From assembly GCA_963520005.1 (NCBI GenBank), contig CAUQPS010000001.1, positions 51,703 through 115,702 of the forward strand: 64,000 nucleotides of DNA. The letters run 5' to 3'. The notes below the pieces were generated by a model, which ran no database searches, was not told where the DNA came from, and was given only the letters and a program-made list of their open reading frames with translations. Below are positions 30,371 to 39,686 of the stretch, piece after piece; position 1 is the first letter of the stretch; each line of letters begins with the position of its first letter. Made by a program: the position numbers and the translations under genes. The DNA is from an uncultured Campylobacter sp. Lineage in GTDB: Bacteria > Campylobacterota > Campylobacteria > Campylobacterales > Campylobacteraceae.

Positions 30371-33300
30371 TTGATTTTTGAAGCAAAAGACGCGGCGACG
30401 CTGCAAAAGGCGGGCATCACGACGCTTTTGGATCTGGCGTTGCTTCTGCCAAAAAGCTTCGACGATCTAAGCGTGGGGGACGCGCCGTGCGCGGGCGAGA
30501 GCACGGCGGAGGTCGAGTGCCTCTTCCAGCACAGGCGCGGCTCGATGCTCATCGTCACGGCACACTGCCTCAGCTGGGAGCGCGAGATCAAAATCGTGAT
30601 CTTCAACGCCAAAAGCTGGCACTTCGGCGCCTTTAAGCGCGGCAAAAAATTCTTCATCCACGGCAAATGCGACGAGAGCTTTGGCTCGTGGCAGTTCGTA
30701 AACCCAAAAATCGTGAGCGAGCCGGGTAGGATCGCGCCCAAATACAAAGCCGCGCTGAGCGACGCCGCGGCGCAAAAGCTGATCAAAAAATATCTAAGCG
30801 CGGGCGCGCTTCTAGGCTGTGGGCTGCGCGCGGACGAGGCGGCGGTACTGCTCGCGCTACACGAGAGCTCGCCGCGCAGCGTGCGAATGCTAGCCGCGCT
30901 AAATAGGCAGCTCAAAGAGGGCGGCGCGGAAAATTTCGGCGAGCGCGACGACGTTTCAAACAGCGGCAGAATTTCGAGCGGCAGTGAAATTTTAAGAGAC
31001 GAAATTTCAAGCAGCGATAAAATTTTAAATGATGACGGAATTTCAGATAACGGCGAAATTCCAAGCTCGCAAAACTCGGTCGCTGAAATTTTAAACGGCA
31101 GATCGCAAAATGATAAAATTTTGGGCAACGAAATTTCAAACTATCCGCAAAGCGGCGGAGTTTTTGCCTGCGAGGCAAGGTGCGGCACGGCGAATGAAAT
31201 TTTAAGCGACGGAATTCCAAATGGCGCGGAGACTTCACTCCCCCCAAGCCTCCGTGACGACGAGATTGCGAGCGATAAAATTTTAGATGGCGATCAGTCT
31301 TGGATGCGCGGCGCGGAGATTTACAATGACGAAAATTTTAGTGCTCAAAGCGATGATGATTTTCTTGCCGCATACGGCGCGAAGGCGCGCGGAGATGAAA
31401 TTTCGGACGACTTTAAAGCCGATAATGAAGCGGCTGCAAGCGGCGATAAAATTTCAAACGACCTAGCATCCATCACCCAAACAGCGGCACGGTCAGCAGA
31501 CGCTCAAGCTATGACCGCACAACCCATGCTAGAGCATATCGTGACTGAGCAGTCCATAGCCGCCCAACAAAATTCAAGCACCCAAGACGTAGATACGCAA
31601 TCCGCGACCACCCAAACTCAAGACGTAGGTAGGCAACCCGCAGCGATTCAAACTTCAGACGTTCGAATCGCAGATTTGCAACCCGTAACCCCCCAAACTC
31701 AAGAGGTAAGTGGAAAACCTACGGCAATCCAAACTTCAAGCCAAGTAGCGAGTGCGCAAGCCGCGACTACCCAAACTTTGAGTGCACAAGCTACGGGCGC
31801 GCAGCCTGCGTGCGATCAAACCGAAAATCTTCAGACAGTAGTAGCCGCGCGGATCGCAACCGCAAAGCCTACGATCGCTCAGACTGCAAGCGTCGTCGAG
31901 ACTGTTCAGGACGCGCTCGCCGCACCGATGAGCGCTTCGCACGATTGTGACGTGCAACCTACGCATTATCAAACTGAAACTATCCAGACCGCAGCCGCCC
32001 AAGCTACAACCGCCATACCTACAATCGCTCAAATTGCAAGCGACGCTGGAACTGTCCATGCCGCCGAGGCCATACAGGCTGCAGCCGCCGCATCCATGAG
32101 CGGAGCTGAAATTTTACGCACGCTGAAATTTGTCGAAATTCTAAACTACCTGCAAAAGCTAAGCGCGAAAAAAACGAGCTTCCCTGCGCAAATTTACCCA
32201 TTGCACGACATTTCGGATTGGCTCGCTTCGCTACCTTTCGAGCCTACGCGCGATCAGTTAAGCGCGATAAAGGATATTGCCAGCGACCTGCAAAGCCCTC
32301 TGGCGCGCCGCCGCGTCGTCATGGGCGATGTAGGCAGCGGCAAGACGCTCGTCATCCTCGCAAGCGCGGCGATGAACTACCCGCGCATCAGCTATCTGAT
32401 GGCGCCTACGAGCATCCTAGCCGAGCAAATTTACGCCGAGGCGCTCCGTCTGCTGCCGCCGCAGATCAAGGTCCTGCTCGTAAAAAGCGGCGATCGCGAG
32501 CCGAATTTTACGGGCGCGCACCTTATCATCGGCACTCACGCCCTGCTCTACTACGAGCTTGCGCCGTCAAATCTCATAATGGTCGATGAGCAGCACCGCT
32601 TCGGCTCGAATCAGCGCGAAAAGATCGCGCGCCTAACGGGAAGCGGCGAGTTTCGCGCGCATTTCATTCAGTTTAGCGCCACGCCGATACCGCGCACGCT
32701 AAGCATGATTCAGTCCGAGCTTGTGAGCTTTAGCTTTTTAAAACAGCTGCCGTTTGAAAAACAGATCAAAACTAAAATTTTGCAAAACGACGGATTTGCG
32801 GGCTTTATGCAGGATCTGCGCCGTGAGCTCGCCGCGGGTAATCAAGCGATCATCGTCTATCCGCTCGTGCAGCAAAGCGAAAGCTCGGTCTATCAAAGCC
32901 TTGAGGAGGCGGCGCCGTTTTGGAAGGCTCAGTTTGCGGACGTGCTGATCACTCACGGCAGCGACAAGGATAAAGAGGAGGTTCTGCGCCGCTTCCGCGA
33001 CGAGGGGCGGCTGCTGATAACTACGACGATCGTCGAAGTGGGCATCTCGCTGCCGCGGCTTAGCGTCATTTTAATCGTGGGCGCCGAGCGAATGGGGCTC
33101 GCGTCGCTTCATCAGCTGCGAGGGCGCGTCGGGCGCAAAGGCCAGGCGGGGCGCTGCTACCTCTACACCAAGCTCAAATCCCCGCCGCAGCGCCTGCGCG
33201 AGTTCGCAGCGACACTGGACGGATTTAAGGTCGCAAATATCGATCTGAAAAACCGCCAGGGAGGCGATCTGCTCGGCGGCTCGGTGCAGCACGGCGCGAT

Positions 33301-33379
33301 GTTTGCGTGGTATGATTACGAAGAGGACGTGACGGCGGCGGCAAAACAGCGACTAAAGGACATAGGACGAGGCGCGTGA
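30371..33379 (+). CDS. recG: ATP-dependent DNA helicase RecG with about 390-aa low-complexity insertion
   Basis: GDVGSGKT, MAPTSILAEQ, DEQHRFG, SATPIPRTL, TTIVEVG, LHQLRGRVGR. Confidence 0.93.
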   Translation: MIFEAKDAATLQKAGITTLLDLALLLPKSFDDLSVGDAPCAGESTAEVECLFQHRRGSMLIVTAHCLSWEREIKIVIFNAKSWHFGAFKRGKKFFIHGKCDESFGSWQFVNPKIVSEPGRIAPKYKAALSDAAAQKLIKKYLSAGALLGCGLRADEAAVLLALHESSPRSVRMLAALNRQLKEGGAENFGERDDVSNSGRISSGSEILRDEISSSDKILNDDGISDNGEIPSSQNSVAEILNGRSQNDKILGNEISNYPQSGGVFACEARCGTANEILSDGIPNGAETSLPPSLRDDEIASDKILDGDQSWMRGAEIYNDENFSAQSDDDFLAAYGAKARGDEISDDFKADNEAAASGDKISNDLASITQTAARSADAQAMTAQPMLEHIVTEQSIAAQQNSSTQDVDTQSATTQTQDVGRQPAAIQTSDVRIADLQPVTPQTQEVSGKPTAIQTSSQVASAQAATTQTLSAQATGAQPACDQTENLQTVVAARIATAKPTIAQTASVVETVQDALAAPMSASHDCDVQPTHYQTETIQTAAAQATTAIPTIAQIASDAGTVHAAEAIQAAAAASMSGAEILRTLKFVEILNYLQKLSAKKTSFPAQIYPLHDISDWLASLPFEPTRDQLSAIKDIASDLQSPLARRRVVMGDVGSGKTLVILASAAMNYPRISYLMAPTSILAEQIYAEALRLLPPQIKVLLVKSGDREPNFTGAHLIIGTHALLYYELAPSNLIMVDEQHRFGSNQREKIARLTGSGEFRAHFIQFSATPIPRTLSMIQSELVSFSFLKQLPFEKQIKTKILQNDGFAGFMQDLRRELAAGNQAIIVYPLVQQSESSVYQSLEEAAPFWKAQFADVLITHGSDKDKEEVLRRFRDEGRLLITTTIVEVGISLPRLSVILIVGAERMGLASLHQLRGRVGRKGQAGRCYLYTKLKSPPQRLREFAATLDGFKVANIDLKNRQGGDLLGGSVQHGAMFAWYDYEEDVTAAAKQRLKDIGRGA

Positions 33380-33592
33380 AATTCTACGAGATGCGATAGA
33401 ATTTAAACGTAATTTTAGCCGCGGCAAAATTTTACGAAGCGAATGTGATTATGAGGTAACGGGCGATCTGATATAAAATTTGAAATTTCACGGCGCAGAT
33501 TACATCGGATAAAATTTAGAGCTTTACCAAGCGTCGTTTGCTTTTAATTTTTAAAATTTATGCAACTTAAAGTCCAAAAAAAGGAGAGCAAA

Positions 33593-34075
33593 ATGGCTTA
33601 CGTGACCTACGACAAGGCAAAATGGCACTGGGGCGCGAAAAATGCGCCGACAGATATCCCGCAGGAAAACGGCGCGACGCACATCGCGTTTTTCTTTCGC
33701 TGGTGCATGGAGCGCAAGCTCTATTCCAAGGACTTCGCGGCGGATTTCGCGGACGATATAGCGCGGATGGACGATAGCTTTAATTATCGCGGGTATTTCT
33801 TTGGCGCCATGGACGGCGTGCTGAGCAGCGACGAGCTAAACGCCACTGGCAAGGCCTTCGCAAATGCCTACTACACCACGGACCGCACGAAATTTGCCAA
33901 AACGCACGGCTGGTATTTGCAAGATTACGACGATTTCGTCGCGCGCAAATTCGGCGATAAAAACTTCGACAACGCCTATTTTTACATAGAAAACTCGCCG
34001 CAAAACTACGCCGAGATCAAAGAGATCATCGATCGCCGCTACGAAGAATTCTTGAGCTTCAAGGCGGCGAAGTAG
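33593..34075 (+). CDS. Conserved hypothetical protein (YDKAKWH.G N-terminus)
   Basis: AAGGAG RBS then ATG at 33593; globular, aromatic-rich 160-aa ORF with gene-like codon usage. Confidence 0.75.
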   Translation: MAYVTYDKAKWHWGAKNAPTDIPQENGATHIAFFFRWCMERKLYSKDFAADFADDIARMDDSFNYRGYFFGAMDGVLSSDELNATGKAFANAYYTTDRTKFAKTHGWYLQDYDDFVARKFGDKNFDNAYFYIENSPQNYAEIKEIIDRRYEEFLSFKAAK

Positions 34076-34198
34076 AAATTTTATCGCCGAGCTTAGCCGG
34101 TTTAAGATAGACGCCTAAGCCGAAACGGCGCGCGATGAAAATAAGCAGAGCCGATGCGAAGCGGCAGCGGCAGGGCTTAAAATTTAGGAAAATTTAAC

Positions 34199-34204
34199 TA
34201 TAAT
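34199..34204 (+). promoter_or_regulatory. -10 box upstream of the hisS operon
   Basis: TATAAT about 48 nt before the hisS ATG in an AT-periodic context. Confidence 0.5.
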
Positions 34205-34251
34205 CGCCGCAAAAATTTGAAAATTTTAAAATTTCACAAAGGATTTCATAG

Positions 34252-35493
34252 ATGATCAAGGCACTCCGCGGTATGAACGATATTTCAGGCGAGCAAGCGC
34301 GCATCTACTCGCAAATTTTAAACGTGTGCGAGCGCGTGGCGCGCAATTACGGCTTTTGTCTCATCGAAACGCCCAAGCTCGAACAGACCGCGCTATTTCG
34401 CCGCAGCGTCGGCGAGAGCAGCGACATCGTCGGCAAAGAGATGTATGAGTTTAGCGACAAAAGCGGCGATAGCGTATGCCTGCGCCCCGAGGGCACCGCG
34501 GGCGTCGTGCGCGCCTTTATCGAAAAAAAGCTAGACCGCAGCAGCGGCGTGCATAAATTTTATTATCAAGGCTCGATGTTTCGCTACGAGCGCCCGCAAA
34601 AGGGGCGCCTGCGCGAGTTTCATCAATTCGGCGTCGAGTGCTTTGGCGAGGCTAGCGTCTATGAGGATGCGAGCGTGATCTTGATGCTAGCTCAAATTTT
34701 GCGCGAGCTGAATGTCGCCGCAACGCTTAAAATCAACTCTTTAGGCGATGAGGAGTGCATGCCTGCGTATAAAACCAAGCTCGTAAATTTCTTACAAGAG
34801 CGTAAAGACAGGCTCTGCGAGGACTGCCAAAGGCGTATCGACACCAATCCGATCCGCGTGCTGGACTGCAAAAACGAAAGCTGCCAGAAAATTTTATCCG
34901 CCGCGCCGCTTATAACTGAAAATTTAAACGACGCCTGCGCTGCGGAATTTGCACAGCTACAAAGAATTTTAACCCAAAACGGACAAAAATTTGAGATTGA
35001 TGCGAAGCTCGTGCGCGGGCTTGATTACTACTGCAAAACCGCCTTTGAGTTCGTCTCAAGCGAGCTTGGCGCGCAAAGCGCCGTAGGCGGCGGCGGGCGC
35101 TATGACAGACTCGTGGAGTTTTTAGGCGGCAGAAAGACGGCGGGCGTGGGTTTTGCGATCGGCATCGAGCGAATAGCCGAAATTTTAAAAACGCGCGAAG
35201 CCCCTCAAGAGCGCGAGGGGATTTATATCGGCGCGCTGGATGAGGCGTTTGTTAGCACGGCATTTTCATTTGCATTAAAGCTGCGAAAGCTTTGTAAAAC
35301 TCAAATTTCATACGAGTCCAGGAGCCTAGCCAAGCATTTAAAAGCGGCCGACGCAGCGGAGGCGAAATTTTGCCTTTGCATCGGGCAGGACGAGTTTGAC
35401 CGAGCCGAGGTGTGGTGCAAAAATTTAGAGGATCAAAGCACCTTTGCGATTAAATTTAAAGAGGTCGAAGCGTTTTTTAAGGATAGAGCATGA
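34252..35493 (+). CDS. hisS: Histidine--tRNA ligase
   Basis: LRPEGTAG, FRYERPQKGRLREFHQ, LVRGLDYY, GGGRYD. Confidence 0.97.
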   Translation: MIKALRGMNDISGEQARIYSQILNVCERVARNYGFCLIETPKLEQTALFRRSVGESSDIVGKEMYEFSDKSGDSVCLRPEGTAGVVRAFIEKKLDRSSGVHKFYYQGSMFRYERPQKGRLREFHQFGVECFGEASVYEDASVILMLAQILRELNVAATLKINSLGDEECMPAYKTKLVNFLQERKDRLCEDCQRRIDTNPIRVLDCKNESCQKILSAAPLITENLNDACAAEFAQLQRILTQNGQKFEIDAKLVRGLDYYCKTAFEFVSSELGAQSAVGGGGRYDRLVEFLGGRKTAGVGFAIGIERIAEILKTREAPQEREGIYIGALDEAFVSTAFSFALKLRKLCKTQISYESRSLAKHLKAADAAEAKFCLCIGQDEFDRAEVWCKNLEDQSTFAIKFKEVEAFFKDRA

Positions 35494-37328
35494 GCGATTA
35501 CGGACTAAATATTTGGGGAAATTCCAACTTCACGATAGACGGCGGCAAACTATGCCTAAACTCCGATTTCAAGCAGCCTTTGGTGGATATAATAAAAGAG
35601 ATCCGCGCAGACGGCGTGCGAGGCCCGATACTGCTGCGCTTCCCGCACCTCATCAAAAAGCAGATCGTCGAAATTTACTCAAATTTTAACCGCGCTATTA
35701 AGGAGTTCGGCTACAAGGGGAAATTCCATGCCGTCTATCCGCTTAAAGTAAATCAATTCCCGGGCTTCGTTAGAAATTTAGTCGATATCGGCGAGCCTTA
35801 CGGATACGGACTCGAAGCCGGCAGCAAGCCTGAACTGCTACTAGCGATGGCGTATAACAAATACGGCGCGCCGATTACCGTAAACGGTTTTAAGGATAAG
35901 GAGCTTATAAATATCGGCTTCATCGCCGCAGAGATGGGGCATAACGTAACGCTTACGATCGAGGGACTAAACGAGCTTGAAACCATCATCGAAACGGCTA
36001 AGGAGCGGTTTGCTCCAAAGCCTTTCATCGGGCTTCGCATCAGGCTGCATAACTCCGGAAGCGGGCTGTGGGCGAAAAGCGGCGGGATAAATTCCAAATT
36101 CGGTCTTACCTCGACCGAGCTTATAGAGGCGATAAACTTACTCAAGAAAAACGACCTCATCGAGCAGTTTACGATGATCCATTTTCATATCGGCTCGCAG
36201 ATTACAGAGATCCACCCGCTCAAAAAAGCCCTCATCGAGGCGGGCAATATCTACACCGAGCTTCGCAAAATGGGCGCGGAAAATTTAAAATCCATAAATT
36301 TAGGCGGAGGTCTTGCTATCGAATACTCCCAAGCCAAAGAAAGCTCCAGCCGCAACTATACGCTAAAAGAATACGCCAACGACGTGGTTTTTTTGCTAAA
36401 ATCGATCGCAGAGGATAAAAAAGAGGCCGAGCCTGATATCTTTATCGAGAGCGGCAGATACGTAGCCGCCAGCCACGCGGTGCTCGTAGCGCCGATTTTG
36501 GAGCTTTTTACTCAAGAATACGCCGAAGAAAAGCTCGCCCTAAAAAAGGATAATCCGCCGGTAGTCGCCGAGCTATACGATCTGTATAAAACTCTAAAAC
36601 CCTCCAACGCGCTAGAGTATCTGCACGACGCTATGTCGCACATGGAGAGCGTACTTACCCTTTTTGATCTGGGATACGTCGATCTGATCGACCGCTCAAA
36701 CGGTGAAATTTTAGTTCATCTAATAATGCGAAAGGCGTATGGAATTTTAGGCAACAAGCAAGAATACAGTAATTTCTTAAACTCCCTAGGCAACGCTCAA
36801 GAGCGCTATTTGGTAAATTTTTCGATCTTTCAAAGCCTGCCCGATTTTTGGGGCATCAAGCAACACTTTCCGATCATGCCGTTAGAGAGGCTGGACGAGC
36901 GGGCCACGCTATCTGCGTCGATCTGGGATATCACCTGCGATAGCGACGGCGAGATAGAATTCGACAGTCAAAAAAATCCGCTATTTCTGCACGACGTAGA
37001 TCCCGAAGAGGAGGAGTACTTTTTGGGCTTTTTTCTTGTCGGAGCCTATCAGGAGGTGCTTGGCATGAGCCATAACCTCTTTGCGCACCCCACCGAAGCG
37101 ACCGTGATTTTAAAGGATGACGGCGGCTTTGAGATCAAGGATTTTATCGAATCTCAATCGGTCATCGACATCTTGGAGGATATGGACTACGACGTAGTAG
37201 ATATCCGCGAAAGCCTAAACGAGCGCGTCGAAAAATCAAATCTTATCGGAGATAAAGAGAAAAAGCACATCCTGGGCGAGCTATATCTGTTTTTAAACGA
37301 CAATAGCTATTTAAAGACTATCAAATGA
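35490..37328 (+). CDS. speA: Biosynthetic arginine decarboxylase
   Basis: PLP lysine in YPLKVNQ, LEAGSKPEL, HFHIGSQI, DITCDSDG. Confidence 0.96.
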   Translation: MSDYGLNIWGNSNFTIDGGKLCLNSDFKQPLVDIIKEIRADGVRGPILLRFPHLIKKQIVEIYSNFNRAIKEFGYKGKFHAVYPLKVNQFPGFVRNLVDIGEPYGYGLEAGSKPELLLAMAYNKYGAPITVNGFKDKELINIGFIAAEMGHNVTLTIEGLNELETIIETAKERFAPKPFIGLRIRLHNSGSGLWAKSGGINSKFGLTSTELIEAINLLKKNDLIEQFTMIHFHIGSQITEIHPLKKALIEAGNIYTELRKMGAENLKSINLGGGLAIEYSQAKESSSRNYTLKEYANDVVFLLKSIAEDKKEAEPDIFIESGRYVAASHAVLVAPILELFTQEYAEEKLALKKDNPPVVAELYDLYKTLKPSNALEYLHDAMSHMESVLTLFDLGYVDLIDRSNGEILVHLIMRKAYGILGNKQEYSNFLNSLGNAQERYLVNFSIFQSLPDFWGIKQHFPIMPLERLDERATLSASIWDITCDSDGEIEFDSQKNPLFLHDVDPEEEEYFLGFFLVGAYQEVLGMSHNLFAHPTEATVILKDDGGFEIKDFIESQSVIDILEDMDYDVVDIRESLNERVEKSNLIGDKEKKHILGELYLFLNDNSYLKTIK

Positions 37329-38020
37329 GTTTTTGGCAAATTTTAAAACAGGACTTCACCGAGCCCTTGCGCCAAGACCCCGCATGCAATAGCGTATTTG
37401 AGATATTTTTCTGCTATCCAGGCGTCTGGGCACTAATAAATTACCGCTTCGCGCATTTTTTCTACGAGCGAGGTTTTAAGCTCATTGCTCGCGCGATTAG
37501 CGGACTTAGCCGCATAATCACCGCCGTAGATATAAACCCGGGCGCGCAGATCGGCTCGGGCGTGTTTTTCGACCACGCCACGGGGCTTGTCATCGGAGAA
37601 ACGGCTATCATCGGCGATAACTGTCTAATCTATCAGGGCGTCACTCTCGGCGGCGTGAGCTTAGAGCACGGCAAGCGCCATCCGACGCTGCAAAACGGCG
37701 TCGTAGTGGGCGCAGGAGCCAAAGTATTAGGCAACATCACCATCGGCGAAAATTCCAAAATCGGCGCAAATTCCGTCGTCGTAAAGGACGTCGCGCCAAA
37801 CTGCACCGCCGTGGGCGTGCCCGCTAGAATTTTAGGCGGCTGCGAGAGCGATCCTTTGGCGCATAATAAAATTCCCGATATCAGCCAGGAGCTTATCAAA
37901 TATCTCATCAAGCGTATCGAAATTTTGGAAGATTGCATCTGCAACGGCAGAAAAGATATCTCCGCAATGGATGAGGATCTAAATAAATTCTACGAAGAGT
38001 ATCTGAAATCATTAAAATAA
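37325..38020 (+). CDS. cysE: Serine O-acetyltransferase
   Basis: DHATGLVIGETA, QGVTLGG, KRHPT, hexapeptide repeats. Confidence 0.95.
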   Translation: MSFWQILKQDFTEPLRQDPACNSVFEIFFCYPGVWALINYRFAHFFYERGFKLIARAISGLSRIITAVDINPGAQIGSGVFFDHATGLVIGETAIIGDNCLIYQGVTLGGVSLEHGKRHPTLQNGVVVGAGAKVLGNITIGENSKIGANSVVVKDVAPNCTAVGVPARILGGCESDPLAHNKIPDISQELIKYLIKRIEILEDCICNGRKDISAMDEDLNKFYEEYLKSLK

Positions 38021-38031
38021 TAAGGGTTAAA

Positions 38032-38511
38032 GTGAAAAAAGCTCTATTTTTTACAATTTTTGCTATTTTGTCGGCAAGCGGCAGCGATGCTAATAGCGCG
38101 AAAAATTCTGCGGACGACGCCAAAATAAGCCTAGTAAAAAGTCTATACATCAAGGATACCTATTTCGGCGATCATAAAAATGCCCTATCGGCTTCTTTCA
38201 GATCTGCGCTTATGCAAGATGAATCCTCTGCTGGCGAAGGTGAGGTAAGCTGCTTAGACTACGATCCGATAATCGGCGGTCAAGATGTCTGCGACGACGC
38301 GAAATATGATTTTGAGCTAGGGCAGCGCGATACCGTCGTAGTGACACAGACCTGCCCTTACGGTGCGCAGACGATAATCTACAAACTCGTCCGTAGCGGA
38401 GGCGATTATAAAATCGACGATATCTACAACCAAGACCCAAGCGGCGGCAGGGCTTTTAGCGTCAAAAATCAAATTTTAAATTGTCTAAACCAATCCAAGG
38501 AGCATCAATGA
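38032..38511 (+). CDS. Exported protein, DUF3828/YbjP-like
   Basis: Signal peptide, LDYDPIIGGQD motif and YKIDDI C-terminal strand. Confidence 0.6.
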   Translation: MKKALFFTIFAILSASGSDANSAKNSADDAKISLVKSLYIKDTYFGDHKNALSASFRSALMQDESSAGEGEVSCLDYDPIIGGQDVCDDAKYDFELGQRDTVVVTQTCPYGAQTIIYKLVRSGGDYKIDDIYNQDPSGGRAFSVKNQILNCLNQSKEHQ

Positions 38512-39686
38512 AATTAACACTTTCAAGTCGCGTAAGCAAGCTCGGCGAAAGCCTAACGATCGCAATTAGCACCAAAGCCAAACAGATGAAAGCTCAGGGG
38601 CAAGACATCGTAATCCTAAGCGCAGGCGAGCCTGATTTCGATACTGCAGAGGTCGCCAAAAGGGCTGTCATAGAGGCTATGGCTAAGGGCTGTGGAAAAT
38701 ATACGCCGGTTGCCGGCACGCCTGAAATTTTAAATTTAATCGCACAGAAGCTAAAGCGTGATAATGCTCTAAACTACAGACCCGATCAGATCATCACCAA
38801 CGTAGGCGCTAAACACTCGCTATTTAACGCCTTTAACTGCATCTTAAACGAAGGCGATGAGGTCATAATACCGGCACCTTATTGGGTCACCTATCCAGAA
38901 ATCGTAAAATTTTGCGGCAGCAAGCCCGTCATCGTAGACACCAAGGCGGAAAACCGATACAAAATCACCGCCTCGCAGCTCAAAGCCGCGATCACGCCGC
39001 GCACGAAGGCGCTGTGCCTTTTCAACCCGAGCAACCCCGCAGGCGCCGTATATTCGCGCCAGGAGCTGCAAGAGCTTGCGGAAGTGCTAAAAGGCACGGA
39101 TATTTTGGTAATTGCCGATGAAATTTACGAAAAAATCGTCTTCGGCAAGAGCTTCATAGCCGCAGCAAGCATCAGCGAGGATATGTTCGGGCGCACCGTA
39201 ACAATAAACGGGCTAAGCAAATGCGGCGCGATGCCCGGCTGGCGCTTCGGCTACACCGCCTGTGCTATCGATGAGCTAAATAAGGCGATGATAAACCTGC
39301 AAAGCCAAAGTGTCAGCAACGTAGCAAGCATCGTCCAGGCGGGCGCTATGCCGGTACTGCGGGGCGAGGCGGACGATTATATCGAGGAGATGAGGCGCGA
39401 ATACGAGCGCAGGCGCGATTTTGGCACAGACGCGATAGGCGCGATCCCAGGGCTTAGTGTCGTAAAACCAGATGGCGCATTTTATTTCTTCATAGATTGC
39501 TCTCAGGTAGAACCCGATAGTATGAAATTCTGCATGCAACTGCTAGATAAAGGGCTCGTAGCCACGGTGCCAGGAAGCGGATTTGGTATGGATGGGCACT
39601 TCCGCGTAAGCTTTGCATGCTCTATGGAAAATCTAAAACGCGGCTTTGAGCGCATAGAAAAATTCGTAAAAAATTACCACAGATAG
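38508..39686 (+). CDS. aspB: PLP-dependent aspartate aminotransferase (class I/II)
   Basis: SAGEPDFDT, NPSNPAG, ADEIYE, NGLSKCGAMPGWRFGY; ATG at 38508 after AAGGAG. Confidence 0.85.
   Translation: MKLTLSSRVSKLGESLTIAISTKAKQMKAQGQDIVILSAGEPDFDTAEVAKRAVIEAMAKGCGKYTPVAGTPEILNLIAQKLKRDNALNYRPDQIITNVGAKHSLFNAFNCILNEGDEVIIPAPYWVTYPEIVKFCGSKPVIVDTKAENRYKITASQLKAAITPRTKALCLFNPSNPAGAVYSRQELQELAEVLKGTDILVIADEIYEKIVFGKSFIAAASISEDMFGRTVTINGLSKCGAMPGWRFGYTACAIDELNKAMINLQSQSVSNVASIVQAGAMPVLRGEADDYIEEMRREYERRRDFGTDAIGAIPGLSVVKPDGAFYFFIDCSQVEPDSMKFCMQLLDKGLVATVPGSGFGMDGHFRVSFACSMENLKRGFERIEKFVKNYHR

Noticed and set aside
30340..31128. 262-aa antisense ORF over recG, and other long antisense ORFs such as 12722-13279, 18357-18986 and 52833-53393
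   Set aside because: Shadow ORFs opposite well-supported genes, explained by codon bias.
30920..32100. Intein in RecG
   Set aside because: No Cys/Ser start with His-Asn end, and no LAGLIDADG or Hint-like blocks; the sequence is low-complexity.
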